Assembly: GCF_001447785.1 (NCBI RefSeq)
Contig: NW_015168670.1
Coordinates: forward strand, 501,932-565,931
Length of the DNA stretch: 64,000 nt
Origin: Gekko japonicus
Taxonomy: Eukaryota
Direction of reading: 5' to 3'
Shown here: piece after piece, positions 1-11,814 of the stretch
How the letters are laid out: each line of letters begins with the position of its first letter
Position numbering within the stretch: position 1 is the stretch's first letter
Notes under the pieces: model-generated
Seen by the model: the letters and a program-made list of their open reading frames with translations, nothing else
Databases searched by the model: none
Told to the model about the DNA's origin: nothing
Translations under genes and position numbers: made by a program

Positions 1-490
1 AGCAGTAGAGGGTGAATGGACAGTCTGTACAATAGAGAAACTAAGTTGTGGATTCCCTGAAGGATCTTTCATGGAATCAATTATATTTAGCCTATTTATG
101 AATGATCCACAGTAGTAATGCACATTGTGGCAAAACATCCTGTCATTGCGTAGACGCTGATGCAATCAGAAATGGCTGCGATTTCTTGGGGGTGTGGTAA
201 CTTAAAATGTCATGTCAGTGTGCTTTGGCAATGAAAAAGGCAAACTCAGAGTTGGGAATCTGTTTGAGAATAAAATATCCAATGATGTGGTGCTTTTAGA
301 GAAATCTGTCATGCAACCAAAATGGATTTCTTAAAGCTGGCAGAGAAGGAAAGGAAAACCCAAATAATCATGGATACTTGTAAATTTATGTATGGTAAAG
401 ATGTGTATTGACACTTGTTAAACTATATATGGTTTGAAGAGAATTGGTAGATTTTTCCCCCTCTCTGATATTGTTAAACTCAGGCAAACT
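1..490 (+). mobile_element. Old degraded CR1 LINE fragment (RT region)
   Basis: Decayed similarity to CR1 RT motifs (cagtgtgct...gaaaaaggcaaactc, ttttcccctctct), also seen in the better-preserved copy at 2740-3498. Confidence 0.55.
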
Positions 491-494
491 CATC

Positions 495-911
495 CCTCCT
501 TCCCTTCCCACCTCTCTCGCTACCCAGCGGTAGTTTGTGCAGGGCAGGGGAGCTGCCTGAGAGGCAGCGTGGAAATGGAGCTAGAGGCCGCGGGAGCTCG
601 AGCTGGGCCAGGCAGCAGCAGCAGCAGCTGAGAAAGAAACGGCAGGAAGGCGCCAAAAGCATAGTGGGGCTGCGCCTCCCGCCCCTGGCCTCCTAAGGGG
701 CACCTCTTCTTTCTCCTCCTCAAGCTGCGCCGGCGGCGACGCTGGAGGAGGGTGGCGATGCATGGGGCGGCTGCGGCGGCACCGGGTTGCTGAGCAACTC
801 TGGCCTGGGGAAGAGGCTTTGCTGTGTGCCTGGCTTCCCCGCCTGGTGCCCCCGTGATGGCCTCACGCTCTAGGCGAAAGTCTAGTTCGCCTAGTGAGCG
901 AGCCGGCCCTG
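495..911. mobile_element. GC-rich non-autonomous DNA transposon-like element ending in gccggccctg
   Basis: Terminal gccggccctg at 902-911; subterminal hairpin ctaggcgaa (870-878)/ttcgcctag (886-894); other end not found. Confidence 0.45.
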
Positions 912-2184
912 GGTACATTCATAATAGACAAAATAAAGTAATATTTCAGGCAAAATATTCAGTACTGGTACTGCTGGCCAATGCAACTCGGTAACTTTAA
1001 AGAAAAATTAGATAAATTAACTGACTGTCCTCCTGGATAACTTACTAAAAGGGTACTCTGGTCAGGGTCAAAATAACTCTACCAGAAGCTGGGGACATAT
1101 AGTGGGGAAGGACTTTTGACTTCATGCCTTGATTAGGGACATCTGACTAGCCACTTTTGGAAACTGGATGCTAGATTAGAAGGACTCTTGGTCTTTCCAA
1201 ACATGAAATTAGCAGAAATCCCTGATGAAGAACTATCATTCATGTTCCAAACCTACATGAAATTGTGCAGGGTCTGACTACATTTTAATGCCTTTCAATT
1301 CCTGTTCCTCTTTGGTTTGTGGGTATTATACAGTAGCTGCCAAAGTGTTAACTTTGCCAAGTAAAATGTCATCTCCCTAAATTACTATGTTTTGAGCAGT
1401 CAAGGATGTGATGCTGCATCATGCCTGGGTGCACTAGTGTGTCCTGCTGCAATCTTCTACAGCATGAAAAGCAGGCCAGTTTTGTCTGCTTATTTCATTT
1501 TTACCCAGCCTTCCTCTGCAGGGGGGACCCACAGTGGCTTACAACATTCTCCCCTTCTCTGTTTTATCCTCACAATCACAACAGTTTGAGAGTATGTGAT
1601 GGGCCCAAGTCATGCACCAAAGTTCCATGGCAGAGTGGGGATTCAGATCTGGGTTTCCCAGTTCCTAGTTCAATTAACCGCTACAAATGTTGTCTCTCTT
1701 AATAAAACAGTTGGGGAAATGCACTAGAGAGCCCTGACCAGCTCCAGCTCACCTAGCATCTGTTCACTGAGTGTTTAGGGACACAGTTCGTTCTCCATAC
1801 CCTTCCTGTTTACTTATGTCATGTGAAATGCCCTCAGTCACAACATGCCCACCTGTATTTTGCCAAGACTGGTTCCTATAGCTGCCTGTATCTGGGAGTG
1901 AAGACTTTTTTTTCTTAAATATTTCTGTTTGGCCTCAGATGTTTAAATCTAAGAAGTGTTTTGGTTCCAACTTCATTGCAGTTGGCTGTGGCAAAACTGT
2001 AATGCTGCTGTTATAGATTAGAAGATGCTGATGTATTAGCCATATATTCCCATTTGTGTTGCCAATTTTACAAGTTTTTCAAACCTTTTCTGATCCCTTT
2101 GTTGACATTTCCTCGTGTACATTATTTTGAATGCTGCCTCAGTCTGCTGTTCACTTTGTTAAATCTCAGTTCTGTCTTCTACAG

Positions 2185-2254
2185 ATTAAGAAAGCCTACA
2201 GACAGAAGGCATTGACTTGCCACCCAGATAAAAATCCAGATAATCCCAAAGCAG
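2185..2254 (+). CDS. DNAJC17: DnaJ homolog subfamily C member 17, exon 2 (J-domain, HPD motif)
   Basis: acag|ATT...GCAG|gtatga; [23 protein letters not shown] matches recalled DNAJC17. Confidence 0.97.
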
Positions 2255-2739
2255 GTATGAGCAGTCCACAAACTGTATATCATTTCCTGTTTTTCTCATG
2301 TGGGGCCACTAGGAGTATATAGGTTTATCTAGAACAGCATAGCAGTTTCTGTGGATTTATTCATAGGTAGCTGCATTAGAAAGGAAAACACATACATTGT
2401 AGAGCGCATTTCAGAAACCCATTTGGCAATTTCCATGAGGTTATTTGTGAGATAAACTGGTCTCAAGAGAGCTCCTTAATTTGCTTCCATTTCTGATTTA
2501 TGATCTAGAAGTCATTTGTATTTTGAGGAGGGCTAAAAGTGAAGGAAGAGAGCACTGGTATACTATTTTAGCATAAGCAAATTTCCTTAAGAGTGCAAGA
2601 GTCCAGAATTCATTGCAAACTCACAACATTTTGCAAGGAAGTTGAGAAAGTACCTAAGGGTGTGTTGCCAATCTGCTCCATGATTGATTTATCTGTACAT
2701 AGTGAAATAAATTATTCAAGGAATAGCTGCTTGTTGAGA

Positions 2740-3498
2740 GGGGTTGTAGTGGATAGCTCAGTGAAAGTGTCAACCCAGTGTGCTGCAGTGGTGAAAAAGG
2801 CAAACTCTGTGTTAGGGATTATTAGGAAAGGGACTGAGAATAAAACTGTCAATGTTGTAATGCCCCTGTATAGATCTATGGTATGGCCTCATTTGGGATA
2901 CTGTGTACAGTTCTGGTCACCATATCTCCAGAAGGACATGGCAGAGCTGGAAAAAGTACAGAGGAGGGCAACCAAGATGATTAGGAGGTTGGAGCACCTT
3001 CCCTGTGAGGAAAGGCTGAAGAGTCTGGGAATTTTCAGTTTAGAAAACAAAGGGGGGGGGGACATAATAGAGGTTTATGTTGACAAAGATAATTTTTTCT
3101 CCCTCTCCCAAAATATTAGAACTCAAGGGCATCTAGTAAAGCTGATGGGCAGTAGGTGCAGGACAGAGAAAAGGAAATACTACTTTACACAGGGAGTGAT
3201 TAAAATGTGGAATTCACTGCCAGAGGATGTAGTGATGGCCACAGGAATAAACAGCTTTTAAAGGGGATTAGATAGATTTGTGGATGATAAGTCTATCAAT
3301 GGCTACTAGCCATGGTGACTGAGGGGAACCTCCGCATTCAGAGGCACTAAACCTCTGAATCCCATAGCCAGGAGGCAACATCAGGGGAAGGCCTTGGCCT
3401 CTGTGCCCTGTTGTTGGCTCTCCAGAGGAACTGGTTGGCCACTGTGTGAGGTGGACCATTGGTCTGAAACATCAGGGTTCTTCTTATGTTCTTATGTT
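2740..3498 (+). mobile_element. CR1 LINE 3' fragment (RT C-terminus + 3'UTR)
   Basis: ORF 2593-3261 has QCAAVVKKANSVLGII...YCVQFWSP...LEKVQRRATKMI; ends in ttcttatgttcttatgtt terminal repeats. Confidence 0.93.
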
Positions 3499-4465
3499 TA
3501 CTTTTAAGAGTTTTTGTTGCAATAAGGTTCAAGCACTGCACTTTTAAGGCATATTTAAGTTGTAGCATACACCTTTATGTGGTTTGATTCTTTTCCTTAT
3601 AGCAGATGATACATTGACTTTCAATGTTATAGACATGTTCCAGGCTGTAACACTGGTCTGTGGTTTCCTTGGTGCCAAACCAGCTCCCAACGTAGCTCCT
3701 TGTAAATGGGGGACCCACACAGGTTTTCTTCCACCCTTTCCCTGTGTGTGTTTGCTGTTTTCCTATACACATTTCCTTGACTCAGAGCATTTGTGTGTAT
3801 ATGCAGGCATATGTGCACTGTAGTGCTATTTCACTAGAATGCAATTTTAAAAAAATAACTCGTGTGCAGGTACAGAATTCTTCTCCATTCACTTTGTGGG
3901 TAATGATGAGTTTGGCTGATGCCAGTGCTCAAAGAGAGGGAGAAAGAAAGAAAAAGAGACCAAGAACAGGGTTGGGCGCAGAGCCCTGGGAAGGAGGACT
4001 CAAAGTTGCTCTGCGTGTCTGGAGGAAGGAGAACGGACCTCTTTCAAATCCTTCACAGATGCAAATGAATTTCTATCAGTTGGGCTTCCTTTTCCAGAAT
4101 CTCTGACAAACCATATTTGCTGATTTCCATCCCCACCTTTAAACCCCCTTCTTCCCAAGGCTGCAACCTGGCTTGCCTGCATGTCTTGATCCCCACTCAT
4201 CAGAGGTGCCAGTTTCCAATTCAGGTGCTGTTATGTTGTGACAACCTCATCCCCCCCCCCCCCCAATGCCTGCCACTGCCTAATTGTATTCTGTAAAGGT
4301 TGCACTTTGATGGATTTACTTTTTCAATATATAATTTCCATATTATGTATCTGGGCTGTGTCTTCCCAGCACGTCAAAAAAATACCACCTTTCCTTTGGA
4401 TTAGAGGTTAGGAATGACATATAATGGGGGGGCAGTTTGCCTCACTGGCTCAACAACTTCTTAAA

Positions 4466-4698
4466 AACATAAGAACATAAGAGAAGCCAACTAATGGCCC
4501 ATCCAGTCCAACACCCTGTCACACAGTGGCCAAAAATACCAGGTGCCATCAAGAGGTCCATCAGTGGGGCCAGGACACTAGAAGCCCTCCCACTGTGTTC
4601 CCCCCCCCCTTGCAAGCACCAAGAATACAGTGCATCACTTGCCCCAGAATGAGAGTTCCTATCTATACCTTGTGGCTAATAGCCACTGATGGACCTCT
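4466..4698 (-). mobile_element. CR1 LINE 3'UTR fragment
   Basis: aacataagaacataagagaagcc start; near-identical to 26268-26510. Confidence 0.85.
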
Positions 4699-5129
4699 TT
4701 CTTTCTCTTCTTCTGGAGTCATTCCAGAGGGGTAGTGATGTAACTGCTCCTGGACAGGAGAGGGTGGGCTGAGTCAGTTGAAACAGTAGACTTTTCAGAG
4801 AGCTAAAAACCCACTGTTGATGTGTATCTGAGGAAAACATTGACACAAAGGAGGTTTCAGAAACACTGGGGAAGGCACAGGAGAAAACTGGCTCAGCAAG
4901 GGATAAACAACAGCTGTGAGAAAGCTCTAAAATGTTCTGATTAACAAAGGCATCCAAAATGCAGCAATAAGGCTGTCTGGAAGACATCATAGAAAGTAGT
5001 TATATGAAATTCTTTTTCCAAAGGGAGAATCCAGTAGCAAACAGAGTTTCCTGTTTCATTTGCATAATCTGGTATTAGATGAGCTTTCCTACACAGTAGT
5101 GTTTAACGACTTCATTTTCTGTTTCCCAG

Positions 5130-5188
5130 CCGAGCTCTTTCATCAGTTGTCTCAAGCGTTGGCAGTTCTAACAGATGCAGCAGCAAGG
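5130..5188 (+). CDS. DNAJC17: DNAJC17 exon 3
   Basis: cccag|CC GAG...AGG|gtgagt; (A)ELFHQLSQALAVLTDAAAR; phase consistent. Confidence 0.96.
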
Positions 5189-6526
5189 GTGAGTTGTTCT
5201 GTTTCACAACAGTAAGAATTTTCTGGTTTTGCTATTGCACATAAGGCCCTTCTTCCAGCTCCTAAGTTGTGGACCAGAACGGTTTCACAGGTTGTTGCCA
5301 ACTGAAATGTTCTCTTTCTGTTGGAATCAGAGTCTGTTCTGAATAGGGAGGGGCTGTGTCTCACTCATGTAGCAGGAGAGCTGTGCTACCGGCAATATTT
5401 CAGTCAGAGCGGGTTTTTAAGAACCGCTTTCAAGAGCCATTGTATTGGACACGCAGTGAAAAAGCACACCCCTATAATATTTGATTACTTCCATATAGGA
5501 AGTTACAGGTCCTCCCTATTTGCTATAACAAGAGAAAATCCATTTGCGTACCTGTGCTCGCAGGTCAGGGAGTGCTCGCAGATGAGGGATCTTTGTCATC
5601 AAAGGGGCATGCTAGACCATTCACAGTTTCAGAAGCTGATTTTATAAAAGAATAGATAAAGATTTAAGAGGCATCATTACCAAACAGCAGAATGATGATA
5701 CAGGGAATAATAATTGGCACCAGAAAGATTTGTTATCAAACAGATTTCTGTGTTTTTGGATCTTGTTGGTTTTGTGTTTCATTCATTGTTTTCCTTAGGT
5801 AAAACTTCTTTGACTTCAAAAAAATTATCCTTCACTGGAAAAAAAACAACACAAAAAACTCTTTCCACTTGGAAACCCAAAGGAGATTGAACATTTTTCA
5901 GTAACTAGTCTCTTCTATAGTGGGAATGGCTGCTGGAAAAGGATCAGCCAGAGCTCTTATGAGCATGTGTACATCCAGTCTTTGGATCTGAGTCATAAGT
6001 CATACTCGATTAAAACCACACAACTGTTGTTAACTGTTCAATCAATTTATTTTAGTAATGTAATTTAGTTGATACCTTAGTTATTCCCCATCTCTCAGAT
6101 CAGTCCCTCATGCTGCCTATGGTTGATCCACAATTGACCCCAATGTGAAGTATGTCAAACCATTTTTATCATGCGCCTCATTTTTCAGTATACAAAGTAT
6201 TGCTAAAGTATTGCTATGCTTCTTATCTAATAAACAATGCATCCCCCCCCCGGCAGAAAAAAAGCTTACCTGACAGTAAGTCTCACTTCAGTGGAACATA
6301 TTCCACTGTAAATGAGTTTAGGATGCAGCCCTAATGTCTCCTTGTACTACATTTCCTTCCCCCACCCCAGATACTAAGTCTGAGATTCTTGGGGGTAGGA
6401 AAAAGCAAGCCGGTGTCCTCTTGCTGTTAAACATGTGCAGGTTTTGAATGCCAGCTAGCAGACTTCCCTTGCTTAATTTTACCATTTCTCATGTATTATT
6501 ACTTGTTCCTATTGTTACTTCAACAG

Positions 6527-6614
6527 GCAGCATATGATAAAGTAAGAAAAGCCAAGAAACAGGCAGCAGAAAGGACTGAAAGACTTGATGAAAGGAGAAA
6601 AAAAGTCAAGCTTG
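6527..6614 (+). CDS. DNAJC17: DNAJC17 exon 4
   Basis: caacag|GCA...CTTG|gtatgt; [29 protein letters not shown]. Confidence 0.96.
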
Positions 6615-6847
6615 GTATGTAATGAGAGTGTGTGAGGAATAAAGACCAAATTGCTGGTATTCCTTTTGCCCCCACAAATTGAGATTTATAAATCTTATAA
6701 AATTTCCATAAATCCCATAAAAATTCCTTCTCCCCATAAATTAAGATGGTAAGAGTTACATGCAGCAGGTTCTGTGAAATGCCCTCTGTAATTAGCAAAG
6801 ATTCAGACTGTTTTGGTTTTGCTGAGTTTGTCCAATTTTTTTCCCAG

Positions 6848-6930
6848 ACCTCGAAGCCCGAGAAAGACAAGCCCAGACCCAAGTTAGCAAAGAGGAGGAG
6901 ATCCAAATAACCAGAACATTAGAAGAAGAG
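6848..6930 (+). CDS. DNAJC17: DNAJC17 exon 5
   Basis: cccag|AC CTC...GAG|gtaaaa; (D)LEARERQAQTQVSKEEEIQITRTLEEE. Confidence 0.95.
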
Positions 6931-7242
6931 GTAAAACTGGCATGCCAAGTACAATATTATATTATGGTAAAAATGGGTATGGAAACATTTATGTATACAG
7001 CCCAGTCGGTGAGCAGAAAGCCAATGATAAGATATATGTAATAAAAGACGCTGGGGCTCTGTGAGCTTCAGGCTATGTGAAGAGGCAGCATAGAGGGATT
7101 TAACTGCTGACGAAAGAGAATGTTGAGTCACTTACCTTTTACAACCATTTCCCTTATTTGCTATAAATAGTCTTCACTGAAAAAGGATAGTCATTTTTTG
7201 GCCAACATAGCCACCCTTTTTGCCTTCTCCCTCTCTTCCCAG

Positions 7243-7339
7243 ATCCTGCGGCTACGTGAGGAGGGATCCCGCCAACTGGAGGAGCAGCAAAAACTCATCC
7301 AGGAGCAAATTCGACTTGAGAGAGAGCAGCGATTACAAG
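7243..7339 (+). CDS. DNAJC17: DNAJC17 exon 6
   Basis: cccag|ATC...CAAG|gtaaag; [32 protein letters not shown]. Confidence 0.96.
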
Positions 7340-7777
7340 GTAAAGCCAGGAAGGAATCTCTGTCCCATCTGTCTGGGATTGGAATGTGGCCTTATCTGAT
7401 GCTCAAAGGAGCACAAATACTTACACAGTATTTCCCTGCAGAAAAATCACTCTGCCTTTCTTGTGTCTCTTACTGTGAAGTTTCAGAGTCAGAAAATTAT
7501 TCCCCTAACTTATTCAATAAAAAGGAAAGTTTTTCCAGGCTGTTCCCTTGATTCCCCCTGTAACATCAGGCAGTTGATGTCACACGGGGAATCTTTGTAT
7601 CCCCTTTCAGAAGAGGTGGGTATTGAGGATTAATTAATGTTCAGTGGAATTAAATCAAAGTGTGGAGATCCAGAACATTGAATTACTTGAATGTTTTAAT
7701 TTTGTAAAATGGAGGTTGTGGTTTATCCTTGGAATAGTTGACACTGAAGTTTTCCTTTTGTTTTCTTCTTTTTTGAG

Positions 7778-7821
7778 GCAAACAAGATGGAGTGGAGGGC
7801 AAAGGAACCCCCAAGCTCAAA
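7778..7821 (+). CDS. DNAJC17: DNAJC17 exon 7
   Basis: ttttgag|GC AAA...AAA|gtaaga; (G)KQDGVEGKGTPKLK; phase consistent. Confidence 0.92.
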
Positions 7822-8620
7822 GTAAGACATTCCAAAAAACTTGAGCTATGAAGAGAGATGAGCCAACTATAACTTTATCTTTCATCAGTAGAAGCCACGT
7901 GAATCGCCTCCAGCCTCACAGAAAGCTGGACTGCCTCTGGCATCCTCGCTGCTTACTGGAGTTATCACTTACCTCACCTTAATGTGTTCCTTGCACTTTA
8001 ATCTAGAATCTAGGCACTAGGATGAAGGTAATTAGAAGTTAAGTGTCAGTGACTTGGGATACTGACAGGTTGCAGATTGTACTTGATGTATGTAGTAATT
8101 TTCAGATGTTCTGAAATGTAAATTCTTTCCTAGGCTTGTATCTGTTTATCTGCACACAGATACCCCCTTCACGGTGTTTTAAAAAATGACATATTTATTT
8201 TATTTACATTATTTATAGTCTGCCTTTCTCACTGCCACTCAAGGCAGATTACAAAGAGTCAATACAATCAACAGGTTGGGATATTCAGTAAATAATGAAA
8301 TAGGATTTGGGTTGTAGAACGAACCAGAAATCTAAAAAACAGAACTGAAGCAAAGCAGAAGTGTTAACATGACATGTTAAATGATGCAGGGTTACATAGT
8401 AGGATTCAACTTACAGCAACCTCTATAGAGTAGTATAGACCAGTCCCTAATAATTCATCAAGGTAACTTTGTGAATCATTTTGTATAGTGACATCTGAAT
8501 ATGTAGCCTTTGATATAATAACATAGGTGTCAAATCAATTTAAAGATTCTCCTGGATACTAGATCTGGTGTATTGGACTGGGCAAAACTAATAATGTAAA
8601 CTCTCCTCCTCCCCCCCCAG

Positions 8621-8698
8621 CTACGATGGAAGTGCAAGAAAGAAGATGAGACAAAAGGAGGCTATTCAAAAGAAGTTCTCCTGCAAATCTTACAGAAG
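8621..8698 (+). CDS. DNAJC17: DNAJC17 exon 8 (start of RRM)
   Basis: cccag|CTA...AAG|gtattg; LRWKCKKEDETKGGYSKEVLLQILQK. Confidence 0.96.
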
Positions 8699-8960
8699 GT
8701 ATTGTCCCACATTGTTTCAGTTTTTTTGATTTTGCCTAATAAACTGTAAGATTAAGCAAATAAGTTTGATGTAAATTTCTGCACAACATTATATGCCCCC
8801 CACCACAGTTGTTATAAATCTTCTCATTCCTGGTTGTTAGTAAGGAAGGGCACCATTCGGAATTGTGACTTCCCATAGCTAATATTCTTGTAGAAAGGTT
8901 CCTAAATGGCTTCTGGTAGAGTGATTTAACTTATGATCACTTCCTTTGTGTTTCTGGCAG

Positions 8961-9041
8961 TATGGTGAGGTTCTGAATTTAGTGATCTCAAGCAAGAAGA
9001 CTGGGAGTGCAATCGTGGAGTTTGCCACAGTGAAAGCAGCT
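8961..9041 (+). CDS. DNAJC17: DNAJC17 exon 9 (RRM)
   Basis: ggcag|TAT...GCT|gtaagt; [27 protein letters not shown]. Confidence 0.96.
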
Positions 9042-9821
9042 GTAAGTATTTTGTCTAAAGTTTTCTTGGTGCACCAAAGTGGTTGGGGTAATGTAGGAGA
9101 TATCCACTGATATGTAGGAAAGAGGCTAGGTTAGCTTGCTGGCTGTGGAATGTAACAGCTTGGATCCTACATGATTATGCAAGTGGAGCATAGCTTGTAA
9201 AGCAGGAGTTTGCTGCCTTCTCCTTCCACTGCAGCCCTCTAAACCCCCTGGGGTAAGGGGAGCCTCCTGGAAAATATGGGGCCAGAAGGAGGGTCTGCAG
9301 TGAGAAGAGAAATCAACAGAAATCCGCCCTCCCACCACCACAGTAGAAGTGTCTTTCCATTGTCAGAAATGGACCATAGGATTCAGGCTGTTGTGATCAT
9401 GGCAGTGAATTTTTATGGCAAGAATAATGGGGTAAAATTTAATGGTTCATGTTCTGTAGCAGATCGTGTTAGTAGCCAGAATGCGTCTTCCCTGGTTGAT
9501 TCAGCATGTAGAATACATAGCAAATGTTGATGCTTTAGCTGATGTGGCAGAAGCCTCCTGTGCGATGTAAGAACTCTGTGTGGTGCATCTTTGTCCCTCC
9601 TGTTGTATGAATGTCCAGTCATCATGATCAAGCTTTTCAGGCAGGGGTTGGAAAGGAGAATCCTGCAAAAGTTTCGAAGTAAAAAGTTTTTGTGTTTCAC
9701 CTAGCTCGACAATTTAATTTCTTGGCTTTTAGCTATTTTTATGTTTCCTGGAGCTTGATTGGAGTGCACGGATCAGTGAAAGGAAAAGAGGTTGCAATGG
9801 TACACTGTGTTTATTTGGTAG

Positions 9822-9944
9822 GAGATGGCAGTAAAGAATGAAGTTGGCCTGATAAACAATCCTCTAAAGATCTCCTGGCTAGAGGGCCAGCCACAGAACA
9901 GCACAGTGTTTTCTGATGGCACCATCCAGCCACGAATAACCCAG
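9822..9944 (+). CDS. DNAJC17: DNAJC17 exon 10
   Basis: ggtag|GAG...CAG|gtaaga; [41 protein letters not shown]. Confidence 0.95.
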
Positions 9945-10928
9945 GTAAGAGAAATGCCAAGATCCTACTTAAATTTTTGATATATCTGTTCTGACTATAC
10001 CTAGTATGGGCAGTAGCAAAATTTTACTGTTCTCTGTCTTTGTATTTCTGTCTTGGTTGATGCTCACTTTCAATGACATTGAAAAGTGTTGTTTTTTAAA
10101 TTTGTGATGGTTCTAATTAAGACATACAAATCTGGTTGGATGTAAGAGTTTGTGTAGACATGCTTCAATAAGACACTAATTGAATTATTATTAACTAAAA
10201 TGTGTATAGGGGAACTTTGGCAATGTCTGTCATATTATGGCTGGATCACTTGACGCACATCTGAAGAAATACAAGCCTTGGGAAGAGATGTATGTTAACA
10301 TATTTTCAGAGAAAGAAGATGGTGGCAGAATTCTTCTATGCATGGCAGTTCTTTTGTATGTGTAGCCTGCCATACTCTGAGGACTTAGGCAGCTGACAGT
10401 ATTCGTGAAAGAAACAGAAATGTCGGTGTTACGTAAAGAGTTCACAGATGAAACAGACCAGACAAATGTAACCGGGAGGGTAGTGGGGGAAGTGGAAATT
10501 AGGAAAACAGAATTTAAAAATATTGATCTGAACTATATCTGTAGAGCGATAGTTCTTGTATATGTGGGACTGTGGAAGGTTCTCCTCCTCTCCCCTCAGC
10601 CTTCCACATATCTATGCATGACCCCTGTTGTTCTTTTCAGAAATAAAACCCAAACCCATAGAGGACTCATGGCCACAGTCTTTTCTCCTTTCTACACGTG
10701 GCCTGGAAACCTTTCCGAACAGTGTGTATGTGACAAAATAGCAGTTGTGTCCTTACTAAAGTAGATGTTCTGGCAGCTGTTATTTTCTCCTTCCCTTGAT
10801 TTGCCAGGAAGTTTCTCTGTGCTTAATTTCAAATAAGCATTCTTGAGAGGCTGCTTCTTTGCCCCCCCCCCCCCCCCCCCCCGTATTGTTAGGGTCTTTT
10901 GCAGTTCCATCAAAGGTGCACTTGGGGC

Positions 10929-11508
10929 CAGGTCTGTAGCCACGGTGAGGCATTTGGTGGCAGAGCCCAACCACGGAGCAGCCCTTCCCCACCCCGGGAG
11001 GATGCCAGACCCCACCCCTGGTGCACCTCTCCCCTGCAGTAGTGGGGGAAGCTGGGGAAGGAAAGGGAAGCTGCTTTGCTGCTTCTGGTCAGTTTTACTC
11101 CCAGCCTATCAGCTGTTAGGTTTAAGGGCTGATGGGAAGGGAACAGAACAGAAGCGGGAGGGCAGCTTCCCTTCCCCAGCCTCCCCCTCACCGTGGGGGG
11201 GGGGCTAGGGAAGGGGAGAGAGAGAGAATGCATGCCTTCTCTCTCTCTTCTTTCTTTCCCCAGCCCCCTGCAGTGGTGGGGAGGCTGAGGAAGGAAAGGG
11301 AACCTGCCCTCCCACTTCTAACAGGTGATCTGAGGGGAGTGAAACTGACCAGAAGTGGCAGGGGGTGCTGTGGAAATGCCTTCTCTCTCCCTCTTTCCTT
11401 CGCTACCCCCAACCCACACACCATTGGGTAATCTAATTAAGTTCCGCTCCCCTGCCCCAGCGTCCTGGCCCCTGCCCCACGAGCCAAAAATTTCTGGCTA
11501 TGGGGCTG
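10929..11508. mobile_element. GC-rich MITE-like insertion
   Basis: Imperfect termini caggtctgtagcca / tggctatggggctg; internal inverted repeat ~11081-11120 vs ~11315-11355; no clear TSD. Confidence 0.4.
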
Positions 11509-11782
11509 GGAGCGGAAGTTTGTGGCATATCTGGGTAGCACCCACGAGACACACGTGGGTGTTGGCACAGAACAACCATAGATATTTATACCTGGAGCAT
11601 AGTAGAGAACAGTAGTATAACTGGGTGGAATCAAGCAGAAACTGCAGACTGTTTTGAGCTAAGGAAGAATTTTTAAACAAAATAGTGGGTTCCATCAATA
11701 GCAGGCCCATATCAGTTGCCAGCGTCTCCCTGCCCCCCTTTTTAGAACAAAAGAGCTACAGATGACCAGCCAGTAGTGCGTC

Positions 11783-11814
11783 NNNNNNNNNNNNNNNNNN
11801 NNNNNNNNNNNNNN
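11783..11814. other. Assembly gap (N run)
   Basis: 32 N. Confidence 1.

Noticed and set aside
434-918. GC-rich stretch and ORFs as DNAJC17 exon 1/promoter or a novel gene
   Set aside because: No match to the expected DNAJC17 N-terminus (..DLY.LLG..); ends in a transposon-like terminus; ORFs are low-complexity
2593-3261. 222-aa ORF as a host gene
   Set aside because: CR1 reverse transcriptase fragment
6520-6906. 128-aa minus-strand ORF
   Set aside because: Antisense shadow of DNAJC17 exons 4-5
10692-11710. Cluster of overlapping ORFs
   Set aside because: By-product of a GC-rich repeat; no recognisable domain or splice structure
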